In this document: in pieces, positions 18,335-29,400 of the stretch
Numbering within the stretch: position 1 is the stretch's first letter
How the letters are laid out: each line of letters starts with the position of its first letter
Assembly: GCA_964459835.1 (NCBI GenBank)
Contig: CAYWPA010000001.1
Coordinates: 110,957-174,956, forward strand
Length of the DNA stretch: 64,000 nucleotides
Source: an uncultured Methanosarcinales archaeon
GTDB lineage: Archaea; Nanobdellota; Nanobdellia; Woesearchaeales; UBA12501
Direction of reading: 5' to 3'
Program-made: the position numbers and the translations under genes
Notes under the pieces: model-generated
Database searches by the model: none
The model's input: the letters and a program-made list of their open reading frames with translations, nothing else
Told to the model about the DNA's origin: nothing

Positions 18335-21300
18335 TTACTTCAGCCTGATTTTGGTGTTAGTCTTTTTTTCGTCTTTTTCCTGCAGCTTTTCCTCAGGCTT
18401 TTTACTTCCCAGCACAACTTTCTTGATTTTCTTTTCAGGGTATTTTTTTGCTTCAGCGCTTTCAGCAGGCTTTTCCTCAACACTTTTAACTTTTGCCTTA
18501 GGCATCCTTGCCCATTTCTTCGGATCCTGCTTGAACAACACTAAAACAAGAACTATCAAAGCTACTGAGCCGGAAGCTGCGTAGAATAAATAAGGATAAA
18601 CTCTGCTCCACAAGTCTTTTTTTGAAATCTTTACAACAATTTCCTTTCTAAAGCTCTTTCCAGGATCTGTGCCAATATCAACATTGATTTTATACAGGCC
18701 ATTCTTTACATCTTTGTTTGGTGTTATAAGCAGCCCTAATTCATTGCTTTGCCCAGGCTCAACTCTTATCTTTTCCTGTACAGGCCTTATCCAGCTTACC
18801 TCTTCCAAATTGACATTTATTTCAAATGCCTCATTGTTGTTTTTATTTATAATATTTAAAGGGATAATTGTTTCTTCGCTGACCTCAACAATATCCTGCC
18901 CTGCAATTTCTATGTCGCTTTCATTTAGCTCTTCAACACTGACCTCTCCTTCAAGCGGCTCAGCAGGCTCAGCTACATTCAGATAATCAAACATATAAGC
19001 TCCAAATATAAATCCGCATACAATCAGCAAAACAATTAAAACAGCTGAAGGCGTCTTCATCCTGTTCCACATAGCAGACATATCTTTCTTTGGCTTTGTT
19101 TCTTTTGATATCTCTCTCTTTGCCTCACTTATCTTTGGCTTGACTGCCTTTTCCGTAATTATTTTGTCTTCTCCAGCCTTTCTAAGCACAATTTTCTTTT
19201 TGTCAAACAAATATATAATCCCTAAAATAACAGCAAGTGAAACTATTCCAACTGCGGGCCAGAACCATATATTATCCCATAGTTTTCTGCCTTTTACAAC
19301 CTCAACAGGAATCTCTTGTCTGAACTCATCCCCTGCTTCAGTTGCAATTGTCAGTATAATCTTATATCTTCCTTCATTTATGCTGTCATCAGGATGCACA
19401 ACAACAACTATCACATCTTCATAAAACGGCTCTAATGCTGTTTCTTCCTTTACAGTGCTTATCCATCCTTCTAATTTTCCAACCCTAAAAGTATTTTGCT
19501 GGCCGTTGTTCGTTATGACGACAGGTACAAAAGTATCCTCGTCATCCATGGCCTGTATATAGCCACCCCTCAAATCCAGATTGCTTTTATCAACCCACAA
19601 ATTGATGTCCTTTCCAGGCTCAACAACTACAACATCTTCTTCAAAGAAAGAAATATTAGGCAGGCTTACAATCTGCTGCTCTGCTATCTTGGGCCCGAAG
19701 AGCAAGCCAAGCGCAGCCAATATCAAAACAGCAATCACTATTGCCGCAATGATAACGCTTCTTTTGTTTATGTTAAATCTCTTTTCTTTTTTTATCTTCT
19801 TATCTTCAATTCCCAAAGGAATTATCTTTGGCACCACAGCTTTTATTTTCTCTAAAGTAGGCCTTTCAAAGCTTATCAGGCCCGGCTTTGTTTTTTCCAC
19901 ACCACCTTTGCGTCCTTTTCTTTTCCATCCAAGAACAAATAATATGCACATTATAAACACAAATGCTGCAAGCAATGCTACAATTATATAGTCCATTGTT
20001 GAGTACACTCTTTCTTCTTTACCGCTTTCTATATTTTCTGTATCAATATCTTCTGTAATTTCTCCAAACTCCAAATCTTCTTCGCTTATTCCAAGCTCAT
20101 CCAATTCTTCATCATCTTCTCCAAACCATATATCTGTTTTATTCTCTACTGCATCAGCAGTATTTTCAATCATGTTTGTAAAGAAAGCAACATAGCCTAT
20201 TCCTGCAAGCAGCAGCAATATAAGAGCTGTAATCCCTAATATCTTCATTGGCTTCTTGAACTTTCCCCAGCTTGTATAATATCTTAGCCTGTGCCAGAAG
20301 AAGCTTCTTTCTTTAGCAGGCTTTGCTGTTGTACCTTTTCTTTTCTTAACTGCTCTCATAATTCCCCACACAGCCAATGCAATCACAATTAACCCTCCAG
20401 CAGCTGCGCTTGCATAAACAGGAAGCAGGCTTTCTTCAGCAAGGCCTTCTTCTACTGTCAGGTTTGCCTCTGTCTCAAGCTGCGCAATGTTCAGATAATC
20501 CAAATAGTATAATCCACCCACTACTCCAATTATCAGCAAAATAACCAGTACTGGTATTATCATTCTCCATACAGATCTCTTTTCAGGCCTTTGTGAAGCA
20601 ATGTATTTTCCCTCTTTCAATGCCTGCTGCTCTTTTCTTAGCTTGAAAATCTCCTCTTTTAGGCTGATTAGCTCTGCACTTTCAACATTTGCTGCAGCCT
20701 CAGCCCTTTCTTTTCTTGCTCTTGGAACAATGCCAACAATACCCTTTCTTTCCTTTATGCTTCTTGTCAGTTTGATTCCACCCAACGCAATCATACCGAG
20801 CAAAACAAGAGCAAGAACAATTGCTCCTGCAACCTTAACAGCAAACATTAAGGGGGAAACAGAAACTATTTCCAAAAATAAATCCTGCTTAATCGCATTC
20901 TGGAGAACAGGGCTTGTCGCTACCGCTTCAATTATGTATATGTCTCCATCAATTACTGTCTCATCAGGCTCTGCGATGAGTGAAATGCTTCCTTTTTCTC
21001 CAGGAAGTACGTCAATCTTTTCATCAGCTTCAAGCCATGGAAGGTCCTCATTTATTGCCAGGCTGTATACAAATCTTTCATCAGGATTTTCAATGCTTAC
21101 AGAAAAGTTTGATACTTCATCGATTTGGATTTTTACCATATCATCTTTTACACTTGCCCCTTCTACAGTAATCAGCCCTTCTCCATTCTCAATAGCTATC
21201 TCATCAAGAATATCAGTATCTTCAAGACCACCAAGATCTTCTAATGCCTTATTACCAACAAGCTGCTGGTTAACCAAGTATGCAACTCCTCCTATTGCAA

Positions 21301-23149
21301 GCACAACAAGAAGGATTACTCCTATAAGCAGCGGCCATCTTATGCTGCTTATATCAACCTTTAGATTCTTTTCATCCATGTGCTTTTTCTGGTATTTTTC
21401 TAAAATAGGGGACTTTGAAGACCTGTAGAAAGTCCTTAGGCCTCCTTCATCATATCTTTCTTTAAGGAAAATTATTACCATTATTATAACGACAATAGCA
21501 ATTATGCCAAACACAATCGCAAGCATGTCATTTGTATCATTTTTTTCTAAAATCTTTTCTAATTCTGCTGTCTCTTCGTCTGTGTCACAAACCCCATTGC
21601 TGTTTTCATCAAGGCAGCATTCTCCAACCCTGAATTCAATATAAGGCAATTTGCATACATCAGCATCTGTTATTTCATTTACATCAGCTCCGCTAATAGT
21701 GTATGCAGTTGTCGCATTGCGTGTTCCAATCACTCCTCCTTCTGCAGTGTACAATAAGCTTGCTCCAAGCCCCAAAACAAATAGAACAATTAAAATAAGC
21801 ATGCTGAGGTATTTCCAGGTATTGTCTCCTGCTGCCCCCTTTACATCTGCAGCCTCTTTTGCTTGAGCTGATTGCGTTTCAACTGTCTGTGAATAAAATG
21901 CTTCTGTAGGCTGGTTGTAATAAACATGCTCTGCTGGCTGTATTATCTTCCTTCCTTTTTTATCATGCGTGCTTTTGAAATATACAATAAATCCTAAAGC
22001 CAAAACACCAAGAAGAACAAAAGCGCCAATTGTCATAAGGACTGTTTTCAGCAAATCATCTCCGCTTCCGGAATCTGCTGTCTCTTCTGCAACAGGTCCA
22101 GGAGTTCCAGGTGTAGGAATTACAGAAACAGAAGATGCTACGCAGCTTAGGACATTTGCAGTAAAGTTGTAGTCTTTTATCATATCGCCTCTAGTTGTCT
22201 GCCCTCTCACAAGCATTGGGTAATTCCCTGCCGGAACCTTCGGCTGCAAATTGTACTCAAATGTGCTGGCCTTGTTTCCATCAAGGGCAACACCATCATA
22301 AGTGAATACTGTGCCTCCGACATTTATTCCCAAAATATAGCTGTTTGAAGGCTGGGCATTATTTTTTATGGTGAAGCTTACCGTATTGTCCTTGTCATTG
22401 CACAGATTATATTCTTTTTGTCCGAGGATATCAAACTCGTAGCATTGGTTAATGTTCAAAGAAAAAGGAACTTCTGCTGTAACTCCTGAATTCTGCGCTT
22501 GCACAAACAGTGTAAAATCATGCTTTCCATAAACATCACAAGGCTTGTTTACAAAAACAAAAAGCTTTTTTATCTGGCCTGGTGAAAGTGCAAATACTGC
22601 TTCTGAAACCTTGATATGCTCTACAGGATCAATCCCAATAGTAAATGTTTCAATATGGTTTCCATTGTTTGAGATTTCAAACTCAAATGTTTTTGGCGTA
22701 CATGGGCAAGCTGATTGCTCAGCAGGAGAAATCTGGCTCACTCCGATATTATTGCAGGCAGCAACATTAATGTCTTGTATGACCTGCTTTGTATTGCCGA
22801 ACTTTGTCTTGGCTTCTGTAATCAGCTCATACTTTCCCTGCGCAGAACAGGGAATGTTCAGGAAACTAAAGATATCTGACTTTTCTCCAGGCTCGAGGAT
22901 TAGCTGATTGGGAGCTATTGTAGCCCATTTTGCAGCGTTTCCGCCAACATAAACTTGGTAAGTGCTTGTTACGTCACCTGTATTAGCTAAATTAAACAAA
23001 TTCTTAGTATTTGAGCAAGAACAGACTGAAAGAACATTATTTTGGCTAAAAAAGCTAAAATCTTCCTTTAAAGCGTTTATAGGGGTTAATGTAGCTATAA
23101 AAAGCAGTACAAAGGCTAAAAAACTAACTACTTTGCTTTTACCACTCAT
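18335..23149 (-). CDS. Giant (~1600 aa) surface/membrane protein: Sec signal peptide, N-terminal Ig/CARDB-like beta domains, then many TM helices alternating with Lys/Glu-rich coiled-coil segments
   Basis: Single long ORF. Signal peptide MSGKSKVVSFLAFVLLFIATLTPINA. More than 10 hydrophobic helices are spaced by charged KE-rich stretches, ending in a KE-rich tail. Start chosen at the signal-peptide Met. Confidence 0.6.
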   Translation of the reverse strand: MSGKSKVVSFLAFVLLFIATLTPINALKEDFSFFSQNNVLSVCSCSNTKNLFNLANTGDVTSTYQVYVGGNAAKWATIAPNQLILEPGEKSDIFSFLNIPCSAQGKYELITEAKTKFGNTKQVIQDINVAACNNIGVSQISPAEQSACPCTPKTFEFEISNNGNHIETFTIGIDPVEHIKVSEAVFALSPGQIKKLFVFVNKPCDVYGKHDFTLFVQAQNSGVTAEVPFSLNINQCYEFDILGQKEYNLCNDKDNTVSFTIKNNAQPSNSYILGINVGGTVFTYDGVALDGNKASTFEYNLQPKVPAGNYPMLVRGQTTRGDMIKDYNFTANVLSCVASSVSVIPTPGTPGPVAEETADSGSGDDLLKTVLMTIGAFVLLGVLALGFIVYFKSTHDKKGRKIIQPAEHVYYNQPTEAFYSQTVETQSAQAKEAADVKGAAGDNTWKYLSMLILIVLFVLGLGASLLYTAEGGVIGTRNATTAYTISGADVNEITDADVCKLPYIEFRVGECCLDENSNGVCDTDEETAELEKILEKNDTNDMLAIVFGIIAIVVIIMVIIFLKERYDEGGLRTFYRSSKSPILEKYQKKHMDEKNLKVDISSIRWPLLIGVILLVVLAIGGVAYLVNQQLVGNKALEDLGGLEDTDILDEIAIENGEGLITVEGASVKDDMVKIQIDEVSNFSVSIENPDERFVYSLAINEDLPWLEADEKIDVLPGEKGSISLIAEPDETVIDGDIYIIEAVATSPVLQNAIKQDLFLEIVSVSPLMFAVKVAGAIVLALVLLGMIALGGIKLTRSIKERKGIVGIVPRARKERAEAAANVESAELISLKEEIFKLRKEQQALKEGKYIASQRPEKRSVWRMIIPVLVILLIIGVVGGLYYLDYLNIAQLETEANLTVEEGLAEESLLPVYASAAAGGLIVIALAVWGIMRAVKKRKGTTAKPAKERSFFWHRLRYYTSWGKFKKPMKILGITALILLLLAGIGYVAFFTNMIENTADAVENKTDIWFGEDDEELDELGISEEDLEFGEITEDIDTENIESGKEERVYSTMDYIIVALLAAFVFIMCILFVLGWKRKGRKGGVEKTKPGLISFERPTLEKIKAVVPKIIPLGIEDKKIKKEKRFNINKRSVIIAAIVIAVLILAALGLLFGPKIAEQQIVSLPNISFFEEDVVVVEPGKDINLWVDKSNLDLRGGYIQAMDDEDTFVPVVITNNGQQNTFRVGKLEGWISTVKEETALEPFYEDVIVVVVHPDDSINEGRYKIILTIATEAGDEFRQEIPVEVVKGRKLWDNIWFWPAVGIVSLAVILGIIYLFDKKKIVLRKAGEDKIITEKAVKPKISEAKREISKETKPKKDMSAMWNRMKTPSAVLIVLLIVCGFIFGAYMFDYLNVAEPAEPLEGEVSVEELNESDIEIAGQDIVEVSEETIIPLNIINKNNNEAFEINVNLEEVSWIRPVQEKIRVEPGQSNELGLLITPNKDVKNGLYKINVDIGTDPGKSFRKEIVVKISKKDLWSRVYPYLFYAASGSVALIVLVLVLFKQDPKKWARMPKAKVKSVEEKPAESAEAKKYPEKKIKKVVLGSKKPEEKLQEKDEKKTNTKIRLK

Positions 23150-23276
23150 GGTCGATATCCCAAATTTATTACTCTGGAAGTACACTTTGTTATATAAAGG
23201 TTATGGTATTTTTCGTTGTATAACGTTTGTATAAGCTTGGACAAGCTTTATATACTTTAATTATGGATTTTTTATC

Positions 23277-24059
23277 ATGAAATCCGATAAAGTCTTTTTC
23301 AGGAATGACAGGAAAGAAAACCTAATCGGCATACTTCATATGCCAAACGGAAACGGGAAATTTCCAGTTGTCATAGGCTGCCACGGATTTAGGGCCGACA
23401 AAAGCTCAGGAAAGCTGGTTGCGCTTGGTAATGAGCTTCCAAAGCATGGCATTGCTTTTTTGAGATTTGATTTCTCAGGCCATGGAGAAAGCGAAGGAAA
23501 GTTTGAAGACACGACTGTGACAAACCAGGTTGACGACCTTAGGTCTGCTCTTGATTTTGTCTGCGGCCATGAAAACCTTGACGAAACAAAAACAGGAGTG
23601 GTAGGAAGCAGCCTCGGAGGAATGGTTGCTGTAATCAGCGCAGCAGAAGATGAAAGGATAAAATGCTTAGCATTGCTTTGCCCGCTCTCTGACTTTACAA
23701 TAATAAATCTTCCACAATACTCAAAAGAAAAGCTGAAGGAATGGAAGGAAAAAGGAACAACGCTTGTAAGGACTTTCAAAAATGGTACAACACTTCCCAT
23801 AAAATACAGGTTTTATGAAGACGGCCTGAGCTACGATGTTTACAAGACAGCAGAAAAAGTATCAGCTCCTACATTGATACTGCACGGAGATGGCGATGAT
23901 GTTGTGCCACTTTCACAATCACAGGAATTAGTAAAGCATTTAAACGGGGAGAAGGAGCTTGCAATAGTCCACGGCGCAAGCCACAGGTTTGAAGAGCCAG
24001 AGCATTTTGAGCAGGTCTTTAATACTGTTGTTGGATTTATGATAAAGCATCTAAAATAA
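23277..24059 (+). CDS. Alpha/beta-hydrolase fold protein (dienelactone hydrolase/peptidase S9-like)
   Basis: Nucleophile elbow GSSLGG; catalytic Asp/His region …HGDGDDVVP…HGASH…; 260 aa. Confidence 0.7.
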   Translation: MKSDKVFFRNDRKENLIGILHMPNGNGKFPVVIGCHGFRADKSSGKLVALGNELPKHGIAFLRFDFSGHGESEGKFEDTTVTNQVDDLRSALDFVCGHENLDETKTGVVGSSLGGMVAVISAAEDERIKCLALLCPLSDFTIINLPQYSKEKLKEWKEKGTTLVRTFKNGTTLPIKYRFYEDGLSYDVYKTAEKVSAPTLILHGDGDDVVPLSQSQELVKHLNGEKELAIVHGASHRFEEPEHFEQVFNTVVGFMIKHLK

Positions 24060-24095
24060 ACAAAAAACAAAAATAAACCAAAATGAACATAAAAA

Positions 24096-25010
24096 ATGGC
24101 AATACAATTACTGGTTGAGCAGGAAAAAGAAATAAATCAAAAAGAAGCAGAAGAAATTGAAAATTTTGATACTGAAAAGTTCGAGCAGAATATACAAAAA
24201 ACAATAGAAACATACAACCTGTTCACAAAAAAAGACAAGGTTCTTGTTGCGTGCAGCGGAGGGAAGGACTCAACTGTAACTTTATTTATTCTGAAAAAGC
24301 TAGGATATAATGTAGAGGCAATCACAGTAGACGCGCACATCGGATGCTATACAAAAGACAACCTTGAAAGGTTAAGAAAGCTCTGCACAGACATTGGTGT
24401 AAAGCTGTATGAAGTCCCTTTCAGGGAGAAGGTCGGAAAATCCCTTTGCTATATACAATCAGTCTTGAAATCAAAAGGCCATTACTTCAAGTCATGCCAT
24501 ACTTGCGGTGTACTGCGAAGATATCTTCTTAACATGGAAGCAAGGAAAATACAGCCTGACGTCATAGTAACTGGCCATAATATGGATGATGAAGCTCAGT
24601 CTACTTTAATGAATCTATTCAGGAACAATATGGAAGTTGCTGCAAGGCTCGGGCCAAAGACAGGATTAAAGGAAGACAGCAAGTTTGTGCCAAGGGCAAA
24701 GCCATTGTATTTTACACGGGAAAAAGACGTGATCCTTTACTCAAAGGCAAAAGAATTTCATGTCAAATATGGAGCATGCCCATGCTCAGTAGATTCTTAC
24801 AGAAGAGAAGTAAGGAATATATTCAGCTTTATTGAAGGAAAATATCCTGATGCGCAGGAAAAAATAATCAGCTCTTTCATGAAGATGCTTCCGAAGCTGA
24901 GGAAGCAATATTCAACAATGGACGAAATAAAGCACTGCGAAAAATGCGGTGAGCCATCTTCAAGGGATATTTGCAATACGTGCAGTTTGCTGGATAAGAT
25001 AAGAAGCTAA
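24096..25010 (+). CDS. PP-loop ATPase of the TtuA/NcsA/TtcA tRNA-thiolation family
   Basis: PP-loop SGGKDS, with flanking Cys clusters (CHTCG… and C-terminal CEKCGEP…CNTC). Confidence 0.7.
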   Translation: MAIQLLVEQEKEINQKEAEEIENFDTEKFEQNIQKTIETYNLFTKKDKVLVACSGGKDSTVTLFILKKLGYNVEAITVDAHIGCYTKDNLERLRKLCTDIGVKLYEVPFREKVGKSLCYIQSVLKSKGHYFKSCHTCGVLRRYLLNMEARKIQPDVIVTGHNMDDEAQSTLMNLFRNNMEVAARLGPKTGLKEDSKFVPRAKPLYFTREKDVILYSKAKEFHVKYGACPCSVDSYRREVRNIFSFIEGKYPDAQEKIISSFMKMLPKLRKQYSTMDEIKHCEKCGEPSSRDICNTCSLLDKIRS

Positions 25011-25336
25011 ACAACAACTTTTATCTTTTGCTTTTCAGAGCGCTGCTTTAAGTCTTCCAACACCAAGGCATCGTCTATCTCTATAAGCTTCTTGATCACT
25101 TTGTTATCTTTATTCAGCTTGAATAATTTTGCTTTTCCAATTATTCTTGTCGGTACAATTATTTTATTTTTTACTAAATCATCCCATATCCTGTATAAAG
25201 TTGCCCTTCCAATACCAGCATTTTTTGCCATATCTGTGATAGAAAAATCCAGGTCTCTTTCTGTCATCAAATAGTCCAAGACCCTTACAGTAGGCGAATC
25301 TCCCATAAATTCTATGAACAGTGATTTTGTTTCCAT
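25007..25336 (-). CDS. Winged-helix transcriptional regulator
   Basis: 109 aa; HTH segment …ITDMAKNAGIGRATLYRIWDDLVKNKII…. Confidence 0.5.
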   Translation of the reverse strand: METKSLFIEFMGDSPTVRVLDYLMTERDLDFSITDMAKNAGIGRATLYRIWDDLVKNKIIVPTRIIGKAKLFKLNKDNKVIKKLIEIDDALVLEDLKQRSEKQKIKVVV

Positions 25337-25444
25337 AAAGGATATGTTATCATATCTAATATTTAAATGTTACTATTCTGAGACAATATTGTATCAGGAA
25401 AGTTAGAATATTTTATATATTTGCTGCTTTTTTGCATTTTCACT

Positions 25445-25708
25445 ATGTTTACAAAAGAAGAAATTAAAAAGAGAATCATAATAAAGCTTGTAAGATGGAG
25501 AAAAAGGGGAGGCTCACATACAGAGAATATCCTTAATGGCCTGCCTTCTCATCTAAGAGGAGATAAAATCACTAAGCAAGCTTTAGAAGAGCTGGAAAAA
25601 GATAGGTGGTTAATTTCAGCAAAGAAAACAGGAGAAATTCATTATTCACTAAATCCGGAAAAAACAGATGAAATATTAAGGTTTTATGAAAAGCATTGCA
25701 AAAAATGA
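25445..25708 (+). CDS. Small basic protein (hypothetical), translationally coupled to rpp30
   Basis: ~87 aa. Its TGA stop overlaps the ATG of the downstream Rpp30 gene (ATGA). Confidence 0.3.
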   Translation: MFTKEEIKKRIIIKLVRWRKRGGSHTENILNGLPSHLRGDKITKQALEELEKDRWLISAKKTGEIHYSLNPEKTDEILRFYEKHCKK

Positions 25709-26271
25709 TAGACATAGCTATTACAAAAAACAACGAAAACGAATTTCTTAAGGTAGCTGAAAGGCTTGGCACAAAAGATATTGTTTTTCTAGGAAAAAAA
25801 GGAGATATAATAATAGTAAAGGAAAGCGAAAAGGCAAGGCATTATCTTGAAAAGACAGACATTGATATGATTTACGGCCTGGAAGAGCACAAAGGAAAAG
25901 ACCCAATGCATTTCAGGGCTTCTGGATTAAACCATATTCTTGCAGAAATAGCGCATAAAAGAAAAAAAATAATTGCCTTTAATTTCAATGCAATATTAAA
26001 TACAAAAGGGATGCTTCGTTCCCAGCTGCTTGGAAGGATGAGGCAGAACGTAATGCTTTGCAGAAAATACAAAGTTGAGATGGCTCTTGCAAGTTTTGCA
26101 GCAAATCCTTATGAGCTTAAGTCAGAAAAAGACCTTCAGGCTTTTGGGGAAACAATAGGGATGGCTCCAGGAGAAGCAAATAAAGCAGTAAAGGCAGTTG
26201 AGGAAAGGATAAGGCTGAACAAAAGAAAGAGCAAAGGAGAGGCAGTTATCGAGGGAATTGAAAGGATTTGA
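25705..26271 (+). CDS. rnp3: RNase P protein subunit Rpp30
   Basis: The C-terminal half aligns by eye to archaeal Rpp30: …SGLNHILAEIAHKRKKIIAFNFNAIL… and …KYKVEMALASFAANPYELKSEKDLQAFGETIGM, compared with Pyrococcus …[33 protein letters not shown]. Confidence 0.7.
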   Translation: MIDIAITKNNENEFLKVAERLGTKDIVFLGKKGDIIIVKESEKARHYLEKTDIDMIYGLEEHKGKDPMHFRASGLNHILAEIAHKRKKIIAFNFNAILNTKGMLRSQLLGRMRQNVMLCRKYKVEMALASFAANPYELKSEKDLQAFGETIGMAPGEANKAVKAVEERIRLNKRKSKGEAVIEGIERI

Positions 26272-26286
26272 ATAAATCAATCCAAG

Positions 26287-26396
26287 CAGCGTGCCAATGC
26301 CGCGCTCTGTTCGCTTCTGCCTTTGTTTTCGCAAACGAGCAACTCTCGCAATCGCCTATTTATCCGAGCACGCCGCCTGGCAGCATTGGCACTTAA
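26287..26396. repeat. GC-rich ~110-bp element with terminal inverted repeats (GTGCCAATGC…GCATTGGCAC), copy A; MITE-like element or structured ncRNA
   Basis: Intergenic. Its reverse complement aligns to 51681-51790 with conserved 33-nt and 24-nt end blocks plus an internal GCGATTGCGA. GC content is far above the local ~35%. Confidence 0.7.
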
Positions 26397-26491
26397 GCTG
26401 GCAGCACTTTGAACAATAATCTTTTTAAAGAAAAGCCCTTATTCTATAGTAATTCGCGAATATTAGAAATTTTAGAAAAAAGAGGATTGTT

Positions 26492-29400
26492 ATGGCTGGT
26501 AAAAAAATAGGCTTAATTCTGATTCTTGCTGTAATTACCATCTTTTCAGCATCTTTTGCCTTTGCACAAAGCGGCTGCGAAGCATGCAGGTCATTGGAGC
26601 AGAGTTGCCAAAATGCAGTTGACCAATGCATTTCAAAAGGAGACAGAGTTTGCTCCACTTACCAAACATCAGTGGGCGGAACAGCAGAATGCAGTGAGGA
26701 TGTGCTGGCAGCTTGCAACCCAATCTCTTCTTTTTGCGAAAACTACTGCGGCGTTCCTTCTTTTCCAGTAAGGGCAGACTGCGATTGTGGGGGAGAGTGC
26801 GACTTTGACAATGATAATTTTATTTCTGTAGAACAAAGTGGAAATGACTGCAATGATTTTAACCCAAACATAAATCCCGGCGCAACAGAAGTGAATGATG
26901 GAATAGATAATAACTGCAACAGAATAATCGATGAAGTTTGCAAAGGGATAACAGACCCGGTAGAAGAAGAAGTGGAGTTTGATTCACAGGTTGTTCCAGA
27001 TGCCCATGATACGAACACAAAATATGTTGAATGGACTGATATTAGCGGCATTGATATAAACAGGGTTGTATTTGACGGCTTTGTTCAGGGTGGAGCCCCA
27101 GGCTCAGGCTCTGTTGGAATATCATGCGTTAAGATTAACGGAAATGTTATAGCAGGAGACTGCAGCAAAGACTTGATAAAAAAAACAGATAAAAAGGAAT
27201 GCAGGTCAGGAAATTCAATAGGAGACACCCTGTATGGGATATTGAACTTGCCTGTTTCAGAAAAAGACGGAACAAACGTAGATGTTATATCAATAAAGAC
27301 TTCTGACTGCGGCAAATCAGACAATGAAGTAAAGCTTACAGTAACTAAGCTAGAAGTTCCAGATATTCCTTCAACCTGCGATTTTGACGGTGATGGAGAG
27401 GCTGATGCATCTGATTTAGATGCAGACGGAGACGGGCAGAAGACAGCTATTGTTGCAAAGGCAGGCTCACAGGCAGGAAAAGACTGCAATGATTTTGACA
27501 AAAAAACCTATTTTGGAGCCCAAGAAGTGTGCAGTGATTATGTAGACAATGACTGCGATGATGGAAAAGGAGCTTTTGATACAGAGCCATTGACAGGGGT
27601 TAATGAAGGATGCGAGGATGAAAACCTGTTCAGCTGCAATTTCAATGGATTTAAGTGGGTCGGGCCGCCGACAAAACTAGGGGGAGGATCATGCTGTGGA
27701 AATAATGCACCAGAATATTTCTCTGCCTGGATAAAAGCAGTTGAGTATATCCCTTCTGCATGCTGGAACATAAATACAGTGAACAATGATGCAATAATAG
27801 GCACCAACTTGCTGGAAGGAACTTCGTGGGCAAGGGAAGTAGGGCCTAAGAATGGAGTAGTAAGCCCAACAGAAGCCTATACTTCAGAAGAATTCTCAAT
27901 TGAATGGAGTGGAGTAACTGAAAGGTCTTTGGCAGTTGAAAATGTAATTCCTGGAACAGAATATGTCTTCTCAGCATATGTAAAAACATTGCAGGAAGAG
28001 CCTAATCCAGAAGGAACATTGTTCAATGTTTTTGTAAACAATCAGTTAGTTAAGTCCTTAAATTACAATGATGATTGGGACAAAATAACATATTCCTTCA
28101 CCCCAACAACAGATACTGTTTTCATAACAGTTGCATCAAATGATGTTGACTACCATGTTATTACATTTAAAAATATGTTTTTGTACAACAAAGATGAAAG
28201 AACAGTTCTTCATTTGAATAGTAAGTTCTACGGCTGCGAAGCCCCATCTGCTATAATGAATCTGAAAAATACAATGACAGGAGAAGATTTGATCGAAACA
28301 AACTATGGCGGAGAAAATAAATTTAATCTTGGAAGTAATTATTGCTCAAAAGCAGGATACTGGAAGAAAAAAGCGGATGGAAAAGACCATGTCATCGAAT
28401 CACTAGCTCCTTTTACAAGCGATGACCCTGAATTTTACCAGGAAGAATGGTGCCCTGAAAACTACTGCCACACCGGCTTTTCATGCGTGACAGGGGAGGA
28501 TTTCCAGACGCCAGGAGAGAGCTTTAATTTAGAAGGAGAAAAGTTCAAATGTGTTCTCGGAGAATGGCAGACTGCGGAACAGAAGCTTGACCAGGACGGA
28601 GATATTGGAAAGGTTTGCGGAAAGAGCCAGTGCTATTATAATGATGGCGTAGAGGATTTGTGCGTAAATGACGGAAACTTTACATTTGACAGCTACTGCC
28701 ATAAAGGAACATGGACAACAAGGACAAATATAATATCGCTTGAATTGCTGAATATTGTTGAAGAGGCAAACACAGATGATTATTCATTATTCTGCGGAAA
28801 TTATGAAGAATCTCTAAACGATTTGCAGTTCTATGTAGGAACATTAAAGGCAGATGCAAGCCAGGCAGTATTGGGAAAGAAAACAGACCAGCCGACAGGG
28901 CCTGTATTTGACTGCGGCTACGGCCAGCACCAAGGGGAAGGAATAGGATGCACAAACAACTATTGTGTCTTGAGTTACTATGACCCAACTGATGATGAAG
29001 AAAAGGTTGTATTTGGAACTTCTTTGAACTATCCAATTGAAGCAACAAGAACAGACAACCCAATTTGGTATGATGTAAACTTCCTCACATTACTGGATGA
29101 ATCAAGAAACACAGAAGGATCCCCACCACACTTTAATTATTGTGATGGTGTAATATCAGAAGGAAGCGACAAGTTTTTAGGATGCTTAGGAAAGGTCGGT
29201 TTTATTGAAGGATCCCCTCATACATTATGGTATAATGCAAAGACAAACAGCGTAATTTACAGCGAGCATAAGGTAACAGTTGGAAATGTTGAATTTGGAG
29301 AGAATTTTGCTGCTTTTATTACAAGCCCCTTCAGCTCAATATTTAACTTTATTATTTCTGTATTCCAGAACAGAGCTGCTTTGCAGGAGCAGGATTACTC

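Noticed and set aside
18246-18584. 112-aa plus-strand ORF
   Set aside because: Overlaps the tRNA-Trp gene and the 3' end of the giant minus-strand gene; no signal of its own.
20601-21428. 275-aa plus-strand ORF, and other 60-160-aa ORFs antisense within the 18335-23149 giant gene
   Set aside because: Ser/Ala/Ile-rich mirror translations of a KE-rich gene on the other strand; no start context or motifs.
26272-26491. Possibility that the GC-rich element after rpp30 is part of the RNase P RNA gene
   Set aside because: No P4 or other conserved RNase P RNA motifs. The region is too short, and a second inverted copy exists 25 kb away.
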